Virus record (IMG/VR): IMGVR_UViG_3300002035_000002
Location: 1 to 40,537 of that record
Source of the DNA: a virus
Direction: 5' to 3' (one strand)
DNA: 40,537 nt
Both the position numbers and the translations under genes were made by a program. The notes beneath the pieces are model-generated. The model was not told the origin of the DNA. It searched no databases and saw only the letters and a program-made list of their open reading frames with translations. How positions within the stretch are numbered: position 1 is the first letter of the stretch; every line of letters begins with the position of its first letter. Below are positions 8,704 to 15,107 of the stretch, piece by piece.

Positions 8704-9252
8704 TTAGGCCTCTGCGGCTTCGCCTTCTTGCTCAACTTCCTCCACGAGAACATCCTCCTCCGAAAACTCGAAGAAGTAGAGAGCGCGCCGCTCCTCGACA
8801 GATGCCTCAGAGAGAACCTGCCCAGCCATATTGGAAATGTTCATGGTAGCTTCCAGAACGGAGCCATATTCCGCAGTGAGAGCAGCAAAGGTATGAGCGT
8901 CAAGGACGATCTCAACCGTATTGCGGCGGGTCACATATACGAAGGCACCGTGTGTTGCTCCGGCTGCGAGCTGGAAGAGCTTCACAGTTGCGGGCGACTG
9001 AAGTTGTGCATTATCCCCGTAGTAGTTGAACAGGGAGATGAGGGAGGTTGTCACATCCTCGGTAGAGCCAACAAACTTCTGGACCACCTCGCCCTTAATC
9101 TGGGTCAAGTGGTCAATCGTGATGACGACCGAAGAAAACTCTGCGGCGGGTACCTCTACGGGCGGCGCTTCTTCCACGGGCGCTTTCGCTTTTTTGGATG
9201 TGACGGTTGTGCCCTTGGAACGGGCTGTAGTATTTTTCTTGGGGCGAGCCAT
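8704..9252 (-). CDS. Hypothetical protein, 182 aa, with a basic N-terminus and an acidic C-terminal tail
   Basis: The ORF has SD AAAGAGGAGAAG before its ATG. It starts MARPKKNTTARSKG and ends EEVEQEGEAAEA. No family was recognised. Confidence 0.65.
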   Translation of the reverse strand: MARPKKNTTARSKGTTVTSKKAKAPVEEAPPVEVPAAEFSSVVITIDHLTQIKGEVVQKFVGSTEDVTTSLISLFNYYGDNAQLQSPATVKLFQLAAGATHGAFVYVTRRNTVEIVLDAHTFAALTAEYGSVLEATMNISNMAGQVLSEASVEERRALYFFEFSEEDVLVEEVEQEGEAAEA

Positions 9253-9293
9253 ATGGCTTCTCCTCTTTGATCTAGGTTAGGACGAGGCCGAGG

Positions 9294-9764
9294 CTACACC
9301 TTGCGGAGGGCTTCGGCTGCATCCTTCCTAGTCTTCCGCGTAGGTTCTGTCAACCACTCTTTTGGGATTTCCTTATGTGCCCACTGGAAGCCGTTCTTAT
9401 CAGCCCAGTCAGCATAGGTGGTCTTAGACCCCTTACGGATTTTACCGCGAGCGTTGGAGAAGACGAAGCGGATATCCAGCTTGGGGTGCTGGTCTTTAAT
9501 CCATAGGTGCTTCTGTCGATCTTCCACCGTGAACATTCCCTTCGACTCTATGACGATGCCATTGGGAAGGAAGAAGTCGGGGGTGTAATTCCGGTGCTTC
9601 TCGGGCTGCGTGTAAGGGACCTTCAGGGTTTCAAAGTCCGGGGCAATTCCCTGTGCGGTCAGCGCCGCTGCGAGGGTTGCCTCCAAGCCTGACCTATAGG
9701 CTGCCCGGATGTGGCGGAAATTGGAAGGCGGTCTGGCTCTGAAGCCTTTTCGTTTCCTAGGCAT
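9294..9764 (-). CDS. Endonuclease I / Holliday-junction resolvase (T7 gp3-like)
   Basis: 156 aa. YRSGLE...KVPY...NYTPDFFLPNGIVIESKG...DRQKHLWIKDQHPKLDIRFVFSN closely parallels the remembered T7 gp3 FRSGLE...KVPY...TYTPDFLLPNGIFVETKG...DRKKHLLIREQHPELDIRIVFSS. Confidence 0.9.
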   Translation of the reverse strand: MPRKRKGFRARPPSNFRHIRAAYRSGLEATLAAALTAQGIAPDFETLKVPYTQPEKHRNYTPDFFLPNGIVIESKGMFTVEDRQKHLWIKDQHPKLDIRFVFSNARGKIRKGSKTTYADWADKNGFQWAHKEIPKEWLTEPTRKTRKDAAEALRKV

Positions 9765-9942
9765 AGGCTACCTCCTTACTCTCATACATGAAAGGGAAGG
9801 CAAGCTGTCCCGCACCGCCAGCAGGAGGGTCACCATCATCGCCTCCGAAGAGGACAGTCAGATAGAAGCCTACCAGAAAGTAGAGATATTTGAGCGCCTG
9901 CCAGAGCGAATCGAACGTGTCAGTAGTGGAGAGTATTTTCAT
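9757..9942 (-). CDS. Small hydrophobic protein, 61 aa
   Basis: This is the internal ATG (MKILSTTDTF...) of tracked ORF 9757..9999, preceded by AAAGGAGG. One TM-like stretch is YLYFLVGFYLTVLF. Confidence 0.5.
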   Translation of the reverse strand: MKILSTTDTFDSLWQALKYLYFLVGFYLTVLFGGDDGDPPAGGAGQLAFPFMYESKEVAYA

Positions 9943-9943
9943 C

Positions 9944-10255
9944 CTAAAAGCCTCCTTTTTCGAGGACCTCTTCGTCCAGATAGTAACGCAGCGCTGCAAA
10001 GCGATGGTCTCTCCGGGAAGAATGTTTCTCGTCTTTCATGAGATTAATCGCTGGCGTGCGGACGTCCTGCGGCTTCAGCTTGGTAGCCTCCAGAAGGATA
10101 GCGAAAGCACAAGTGATAGCGAGGAGCTGCTCCCAAGGGCGAAAATCTTGGATAGCGTTTAGGACTGAGGCGGTTGCTGTAGCCACGCGGGCCTTGTTAG
10201 CGTTGAGCATCTTATCGAAGAGCGATCTCCGATTTACCTTTTTCGTTGAGGACAT
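9944..10255 (-). CDS. Hypothetical protein, 103 aa
   Basis: Tracked ORF 9944..10309 starts at a GTG inside the 5' leader hairpin. The ATG at 10255 (MSSTKKVNRR...) has AAGGAA 8 nt upstream and is preferred. Confidence 0.55.
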   Translation of the reverse strand: MSSTKKVNRRSLFDKMLNANKARVATATASVLNAIQDFRPWEQLLAITCAFAILLEATKLKPQDVRTPAINLMKDEKHSSRRDHRFAALRYYLDEEVLEKGGF

Positions 10256-10320
10256 TAAGGTTTTCCTTGGTGCTAGATAAACAGAAGCCCCGTCTCCGCT
10301 CAATGCCACGGGGAGACAGG

Positions 10321-10346
10321 GCCTCTTATATACTAGCTACCAGTGG
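10321..10346 (-). promoter_or_regulatory. Candidate phage-RNAP promoter, copy A
   Basis: The minus strand reads CCACTGGTAGCTAGTATATAAGAGGC. It shares the core CCACTGGTA(G/T)CT(T/A)GTATATA with copies at 11456-11483 and 28318-28346. It is intergenic, points at the next gene, and a 6-bp GC hairpin (CCCCGT/ACGGGG) follows in the leader. Confidence 0.6.
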
Positions 10347-10381
10347 CACAAGAACACAGGCGTCCTTCACTGGTATTCTGT

Positions 10382-10412
10382 GCCAGAGGCCTACACGTAG
10401 CAGGCCCCCGGC
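10382..10412 (-). terminator. Strand-specific 11-bp hairpin just after the SSB stop. It may be a 3' stabiliser, a processing site or a terminator. There is no U-tract.
   Basis: The minus RNA is GCCGGGGGCCU-GCUACGUGU-AGGCCUCUGGC, pairing with 9 Watson-Crick and 2 G-U pairs. On the plus strand the two G-U pairs become C-A mismatches. Confidence 0.3.
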
Positions 10413-10426
10413 GTCATGTCAAGAGG

Positions 10427-11176
10427 TTAGAACAATTCCTTTTCGGGTGCCTCGTCCCCAGAGTCAGCCGGAGGGGCGTCCTCGTCTTGGGATGCAGACT
10501 GGGCAAACTTCGAAAGATCGTCTGCCTCGAAGTCCTCGCCCAATACTTCTTTAATGGCGTTATCATCGGTATCAGCCGGGGCAGAACCACCTCCGAACTG
10601 GACCAATTTGAGAACCCGAATACCTACCAGCTTCAGGCTTGGGGCTGGGGCAGCCTGCAACTTGTTGAAGTAGAGATTCGGAGAGACGATAGCCTCGACT
10701 ACGCTGCCCATGCCCAGACGTAGATTCTTTAGAGGCAGGGGTTTGTTGTTCGCATCCCACGCTTTCATCTCACGGCGGACCAGCTCTCCATCCTTCTTAT
10801 AGTCTGCCTTCTGGCCGATAATAATGTAAGGGAGTTGGACTTTGGATTCCGGCTTCGGGTCTTTCAGCTTGTCGCCTACCCAGTCTTCAGCAGGGATGGG
10901 GTCTGGCATGGGCTTTTTCTTGGAGGCCATACCAGCTTCCTCCGCTTCCTCGGCTAGCTTGCCAAGGTTCTTCTCGGTGTAGACCTTATCGTCCACCACA
11001 CCTACCAAAGCCTTCACGGCCTCTGGAGACAGGTGTAGGTTCACCTTGAATTGAGGGTTGCTTTCGTCATAGTCGTCGGGTTCCACAAGATTACTGAAGC
11101 CGACTGTTGCGGCTGGCAGGGCGATGGTGTGCCGAGGGCGTGTGGTCACTACGGCAGATTTACGGCGGGTAGCCAT
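10427..11176 (-). CDS. Single-stranded DNA-binding protein (T7 gp2.5-like)
   Basis: 249 aa. GSVVEAIVSPNLYFNK....SLKLVGIRVLKLVQFGGG parallels T7 gp2.5 GSKLKVKYSLVPYKWN....SVKLQLESVMLVELATFGGG. It has an acidic C-terminal tail ending in an aromatic F, as gp2.5 does. Confidence 0.85.
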   Translation of the reverse strand: MATRRKSAVVTTRPRHTIALPAATVGFSNLVEPDDYDESNPQFKVNLHLSPEAVKALVGVVDDKVYTEKNLGKLAEEAEEAGMASKKKPMPDPIPAEDWVGDKLKDPKPESKVQLPYIIIGQKADYKKDGELVRREMKAWDANNKPLPLKNLRLGMGSVVEAIVSPNLYFNKLQAAPAPSLKLVGIRVLKLVQFGGGSAPADTDDNAIKEVLGEDFEADDLSKFAQSASQDEDAPPADSGDEAPEKELF

Positions 11177-11328
11177 TAGGGGATTCTCCTTTTGAGAGTT
11201 ATACAGTGGATGGAAGTCAGCGAGGGTCTACAGGACCGGGCAGCCTCGGAAGGACCTGACAAGTTTCCTGATAGCGAAGGCTCGCTGGAAAGGCAAGACC
11301 CTAAATGGGGGTCAGGTGAAATAAATTT

Positions 11329-11407
11329 CCCCCTCCCCTAAGACCCCACCCTGCATAGGGAGGTCTCTTAAGATGGTCTTAGGGTTTGATTTTCTAAGGG
11401 GGAGGGG
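11329..11407 (-). repeat. C-run/G-run inverted repeat (9 bp, CCCCTCCCC with GGGGAGGGG) enclosing about 60 nt. On the sense strand the G-rich arm is a canonical G4 motif.
   Basis: The plus strand has cccctcccc at 11330-11338 and ggggagggg at 11399-11407. The minus strand across 11351..11329 reads GGGTGGGGTCTTAGGGGAGGGGG, which is four G-tracts of at least 3 with loops of 1, 5 and 1 nt. Confidence 0.7.
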
Positions 11408-11417
11408 ATGCCACCTA

Positions 11418-11469
11418 AGGTCTCTTAAGCGGGTCTCTTATTAGGGTCTCTAATAGGGGTGCCTATATA
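11418..11469 (-). repeat. Four tandem 13-nt units running into promoter B. Two further units lie at 11361-11386.
   Basis: Plus-strand units are AGGTCTCTTAAGC, GGGTCTCTTATTA, GGGTCTCTAATAG and GGGTGCCTATATA. The last unit is the initiation region of the promoter. AGGTCTCTTAAGA and TGGTCTTAGGGTT occur at 11361-11386. Confidence 0.8.
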
Positions 11470-11483
11470 CAAGATACCAGTGG
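11456..11483 (-). promoter_or_regulatory. Candidate phage-RNAP promoter, copy B, upstream of the SSB/replication module
   Basis: The minus strand reads CCACTGGTATCTTGTATATAGGCACCCC, which is 27/28 identical to copy C. The TATA-GG junction is analogous to T7 ...CACTATA-GGGAGA. Confidence 0.65.
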
Positions 11484-11621
11484 TAGGAGTGGGAATCTTT
11501 CAGATGGTTTCATGAAGCGAGAATCAGGTCCCGCCGCCCTCTCCCATCTTTGGTACTTCCGCAGATTCCCTCGTGAAGGCCACCTCCTTTACTGAAGCCC
11601 CTAGGATTACGAGAGGGCTAC

Positions 11622-11774
11622 TTATTCGCCAATAGGGAAGACTAGTGCGGTGATAATGAAGAGACCTAGGAAGAAGAGGCATATTGCGACCATAGCCACA
11701 GGAATGAACACCAGATCGGGCGCATGATCTGCCCGCCACTTAACTTCCTTCCACCAATTTTTCAAACTATTCAT
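11622..11774 (-). CDS. Small single-pass membrane protein of 50 aa, not in the ORF track. It is a holin-like candidate or another membrane effector.
   Basis: Hand translation gives MNSLKNWWKEVKWRADHAPDLVFIPVAMVAICLFFLGLFIITALVFPIGE. The ATG overlaps the spanin stop as ATGA, and AAGGAG lies 7 nt upstream. Confidence 0.5.
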   Translation of the reverse strand: MNSLKNWWKEVKWRADHAPDLVFIPVAMVAICLFFLGLFIITALVFPIGE

Positions 11775-12349
11775 TCTTCAACTCCTTTTTCAATATCACC
11801 TTCAGGCCTTCCCTTCAGGGTGTCTCGGGCGGCTTCCTGCCTCTGGTGCCATTCCCTCCACGTGTTCGCGTCTCGCTTCCACTCTTGGCACAATTCATAA
11901 TTGACGCCCAAGGTTCTGGCAAGGGTAGACAGGTCAACTCCCGTAGGTCGGGCCGGGTCGAACCCGGAGGACTGGGGAAGTTGGGGATTGTTTCCGGTGG
12001 CGGCTTTGTTGTGGTTCCACACGAAGCCAAGAGGGAGACCCCCATTAGCCACAATAGCCTTTTCCTGTGGGGTTTGGGTAACATAGGTAGGCACCTCCTT
12101 TATGATATCTCGAAAGACCACACGGGCTTCCTGATTGGACTGCTCCCTCTGGTCGATCAGGGCTTGAGTTACTTGCTGAGCTTCATCCTCAGCCTTGCGA
12201 ATCTCCTTCTCCCACCTAATGCGCTGGTCGGCTACCTCTGCCTTGTAGGCTTGATAGTCGGCGTCTCTCAGCTTCCACCCTCCGTAACCAGAAGCTATTG
12301 AGGCGGCAACGAGGGACCCTCCGAGGAGCCACGGGCTGAGGCTAATCAC
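11771..12349 (-). CDS. i-spanin (Rz-like)
   Basis: 192 aa with an N-terminal TM (LLGGSLVAASIASGYGGW) followed by a charged coiled-coil region. A lipoprotein ORF is fully embedded in the +1 frame. The GTG start overlaps the fibre stop as GTGA. Confidence 0.75.
   Translation of the reverse strand: MISLSPWLLGGSLVAASIASGYGGWKLRDADYQAYKAEVADQRIRWEKEIRKAEDEAQQVTQALIDQREQSNQEARVVFRDIIKEVPTYVTQTPQEKAIVANGGLPLGFVWNHNKAATGNNPQLPQSSGFDPARPTGVDLSTLARTLGVNYELCQEWKRDANTWREWHQRQEAARDTLKGRPEGDIEKGVEE
11815..12084 (-). CDS. o-spanin (Rz1-like lipoprotein), embedded in the i-spanin gene
   Basis: 89 aa. ATG at 12084 has GGAGG 9 nt upstream. The signal peptide MLPKPHRKRLLWLMGVSLLAS-C carries the lipobox LAS|C. 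The mature part is proline-rich and has further Cys residues. Confidence 0.75.
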   Translation of the reverse strand: MLPKPHRKRLLWLMGVSLLASCGTTTKPPPETIPNFPSPPGSTRPDLRELTCLPLPEPWASIMNCAKSGSETRTRGGNGTRGRKPPETP

Positions 12350-15087
12350 GAGGCAATCAGATGGTCTGTAGCCTCTGCCCCTTGTAGGTAGGGCCTGACC
12401 GACACGTCTCGCCTACCAGCCTTAACTCCCACAATTAAACTATGCGAAGTGGCCTGCTCCCCTGCTCCCCACCCTGCGAATACGGCAACTGACGAGGGTA
12501 ACTGGCCGGAAGCAAACCCGAAGAGAACGGACGGTGTTCCAGTGGGGTCGCTTATCACCGCTGACGTAGGGAAATACACAGTGTCCCTATTGGCATTGCT
12601 GGCGAAGCTAATCCCTCCTCCAAAGCTAGACCCGGCTCCGGGGTTGCTGATCTCCATGCTGTCAAAAGCTAACTTATCGAAGGTCACCCTCACCGCGTCC
12701 GGGGTCTCTTTGACTACGGCTGTCATTCGGGGGCCTAACAAGTCATCTGTAGTAAGCCCACGATACAGAGCCAAATAGTTGTCTAGCCTTTCGACCATCT
12801 GGAGAGCGCCCTCATCGCTGAGGTGAATCCCATCCCCTTGCAGATGCGCGTCGATCATGTCAGGACCATAGAAGAATAGGTTAGGGTATTCTAGGGACAG
12901 TTTCCAAGCCTCTTGGCGAAGTGCTTGGAAGTTGGCTATCTGAGAAGAGGCAGCGATGAAGCGAGCCAAGGGAAATAAGACCACCCTCATCCCCGGATTC
13001 TCCTGCACCAGACCTGCTTGATACTTAGCCAATAGGTCTGTCCGCCATTGGCCTGCGATCTCAGCCGGAGTTAGTCCTGATTGTATCGCCTCACTCGTCC
13101 CTCCCACTTCAAGGATTAGTCCATGCTGTGACATATTGTAGGAGATAGCCTCCCGCTCCGCTGCGTAGCGGTCTGTTCCCGGACCCCTCTCAGATAAAAG
13201 CGTGTTGCCTGTCGAAGACGCGATAAGAGAAACCCCCTCATTGGTTGCCCGCCCTGCCCACAAACTACCGAGGACGGCTAAGCCTGTGTCGGAATTGCCC
13301 GGATAGACATGTCTGTTATGAGTAGGCTGAGTCAGATTAACTTCAAAGCGGTAGGTCTTAGGCTGTTCTGCCTGAGTTATTCCGGGCCGTTGGTCTGCTG
13401 AAGCCCAAGGAGGGACATTGCTCTGGCCTGTTGCAAGGAGGTTTAGACCTAGCTGAATAACTCTACTCTCTGATCGTGCGTAGGTTGGAAGGCTTGCGTC
13501 CTCTTGATTAAGGTTGCGGTAGAAGACTACTACCTTGAAGCCTCCCCCGGTAGCCAGAAGATCAGCCACCTCAGTAGCACTCAAGGTTATGTCTGCGGAG
13601 AATGTCCCATCCGTCTCTATAACTAACCCCGGAACAGGGTTGTTATCGTGTCCGGCCATTGCTGCATCTTTACGAGCGCCATCTGAGCAAGGATGAATCG
13701 AATAGAACAGTCGTGAAGGCCTGCCCCCCCAATATTTCCCGGACACTTTGAAAGTAGCGGAGCCATTGGGCTGGATATGCGCAGTCTTCCCTGCACCGAA
13801 AACCATGATAGCACCTTCAGAAGTAACATTAGCATTAGTGTATTCTGAAATGCCTTCGCTCTCAACGGAGTTATCAAACCCATTCCAGTTAGTCGGAGGT
13901 ATCGACTGGTCCTGAAGGTCGATAGGAGAGGACATGGGCTTCCCTCCTATATAGGCTGTCACGTAGTCGATGCCGCCCTCCCTCTCCTTAAGATACTGAA
14001 CAGGGTCACCATCGAAGCGATAGGCGAAGGCTGTAACTATATTGCCTCCGCTCTGCGCTGAACCTACCGACTTAAATATACGATGGTTCCCTTGGTATTC
14101 GCCAGAGTTGAGGTTTCGGGTGTTCGCTGTCCTCAAGCAAATAGAGCTACCATCAGCGGCTGTTCGATAAGTGAAACTCACAACTTCACAGCCCTTACTA
14201 TTCGGTCCTACATTATCCCTCACTACTTCCATAAGGGAATCTCCGGACCCCGCATCCCTGCCTCCAAAAGCGATAGCAGGAAAGTCCGCAGAGTCACCCC
14301 CTACCGCTCCGTTCGAGACAGTTAAATGATCTGCAAAGCCAGCAGCCGGACCTCCGTCATCTCTAAGGAGGACCTGCCAGTGGTCTCTATTCTGAAGCTC
14401 TCCGTCCGGCGGGTCGAAGGTGTCTGAGAAGGGCGCATCCACAACCTGAGTCCTAACAACTAGCTCGTTAGCCAGTGCCGCTATGCTCTCTCTCACTGAA
14501 GCATCCATAGGCATGAAAGGGAAGCCCATGTCTCCTAGGTTTCCCTGACCTGAAGGGACGCCGATCAGGGAGAAAGGAGCCGCTTGAGTGGGGTCGTCAA
14601 AGACCTCTACATTACGATACTTCCAGTCTCCTTGGCTATCCCACCCTGCTATAGTGTTGGCTCGCTCATTCGCAGGCTTAAGAGTATCAGCGGTTTCTGG
14701 AGGCGGGACCATCACAGCACGACTGAGGATGTTGTCCTCTAAGTAGACCCTCTGGTCTTGAGTCTCTTGAGACAGAAACAGAAGCTGCCGCACCACCAAA
14801 TTAATATTAGAGGAGACGACATTCCCGGACTGCTGCTCTGCTAGTAGGTCGTTGTCAGGGGTTTCCCTGTTAACCCAGAAGTCCATGATCTCGGCAGTGT
14901 CTGTGTCCAAGTCCAACAGACCGTCATGTGCCCAAGTGAACGCGGTGAAAGCCGACCAGTCTTCCTCACTGGGGAGCTTGGAATAGACCTTCACATGGTC
15001 TCGGTTAATGAAAGAGAAGGGGACCGCTAGGTCGCTGCTGCCTGCCGGGGCTGCCAATATATAGTTACGGCTCAAGAAGATGGGCAT
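12346..15087 (-). CDS. Tail fibre / tailspike with a T7 gp17-type N-terminal adaptor and a C-terminal SGNH-type carbohydrate esterase domain
   Basis: 913 aa. Residues 1-115 (..DLAVPFSFINRDHVKVY.....NRETPDNDLL..GNVVSSNINLVVRQLLFLSQETQD) follow the T7 gp17 N-terminal pattern (..DFNIPFEYLARKFVVV.....[40 protein letters not shown]). Esterase motifs are listed in the next feature. Confidence 0.75.
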   Translation of the reverse strand: MPIFLSRNYILAAPAGSSDLAVPFSFINRDHVKVYSKLPSEEDWSAFTAFTWAHDGLLDLDTDTAEIMDFWVNRETPDNDLLAEQQSGNVVSSNINLVVRQLLFLSQETQDQRVYLEDNILSRAVMVPPPETADTLKPANERANTIAGWDSQGDWKYRNVEVFDDPTQAAPFSLIGVPSGQGNLGDMGFPFMPMDASVRESIAALANELVVRTQVVDAPFSDTFDPPDGELQNRDHWQVLLRDDGGPAAGFADHLTVSNGAVGGDSADFPAIAFGGRDAGSGDSLMEVVRDNVGPNSKGCEVVSFTYRTAADGSSICLRTANTRNLNSGEYQGNHRIFKSVGSAQSGGNIVTAFAYRFDGDPVQYLKEREGGIDYVTAYIGGKPMSSPIDLQDQSIPPTNWNGFDNSVESEGISEYTNANVTSEGAIMVFGAGKTAHIQPNGSATFKVSGKYWGGRPSRLFYSIHPCSDGARKDAAMAGHDNNPVPGLVIETDGTFSADITLSATEVADLLATGGGFKVVVFYRNLNQEDASLPTYARSESRVIQLGLNLLATGQSNVPPWASADQRPGITQAEQPKTYRFEVNLTQPTHNRHVYPGNSDTGLAVLGSLWAGRATNEGVSLIASSTGNTLLSERGPGTDRYAAEREAISYNMSQHGLILEVGGTSEAIQSGLTPAEIAGQWRTDLLAKYQAGLVQENPGMRVVLFPLARFIAASSQIANFQALRQEAWKLSLEYPNLFFYGPDMIDAHLQGDGIHLSDEGALQMVERLDNYLALYRGLTTDDLLGPRMTAVVKETPDAVRVTFDKLAFDSMEISNPGAGSSFGGGISFASNANRDTVYFPTSAVISDPTGTPSVLFGFASGQLPSSVAVFAGWGAGEQATSHSLIVGVKAGRRDVSVRPYLQGAEATDHLIAS
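12763..13455 (-). other. SGNH / sialate-O-acetylesterase-like (DUF303-type) domain inside the tail fibre
   Basis: Block I is LATGQSNVP (residues 554-557 are GQSN). Block III-like is LEVGGTSEA. Block V is GDGIHLSDEG (DxxH, residues 752-755). Confidence 0.6.
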
Positions 15088-15107
15088 AGGTAAATCAATC
15101 CTTTATC

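Noticed and set aside
8728-9270. All plus-strand ORFs in the track, for example 8728..9270, 5629..6192, 1536..1910, 11846..12301, 23589..24047, 33747..34232, 34193..34615 and 38995..39549.
   Set aside because: Each lies antisense to a minus-strand gene with strong family motifs or synteny. They lack SD sequences and their translations are low-complexity and Arg/Ser/Leu/Pro-rich. They are shadow ORFs of a one-strand genome.
10412-10426. A TTGACA box right after the SSB stop, considered as a further sigma70 promoter.
   Set aside because: The best -10 at 17-nt spacing is TACGTG (2 of 6 matches). The sequence is better explained as the flank of the 11-bp hairpin.
11361-11469. Whether the 13-nt tandem repeats could be a CRISPR array or a mini-array.
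   Set aside because: The units are contiguous with no spacers, only 13 nt long and degenerate. They are reported instead as a leader or iteron-like repeat.
11177-11621. A search for tRNA genes or a tRNA-derived attP core, here and in 22148-22382 and 28154-28379. The T-arm-like CCGGGTCGAACCCGG at about 11945 was also considered.
   Set aside because: No cloverleaf or GGTTCGAATCC-type T-arm with a matching acceptor stem was seen. The 11945 string lies inside the spanin coding region and has a 5-nt loop. attP remains unidentified.
11524-11739. 71-aa minus-strand ORF in the large intergenic region downstream of the spanins.
   Set aside because: There is no SD, and the composition looks like random translation. 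Its upstream half overlaps a much better small TM gene (11622..11774) in another frame that has an AAGGAG SD and ATGA coupling.
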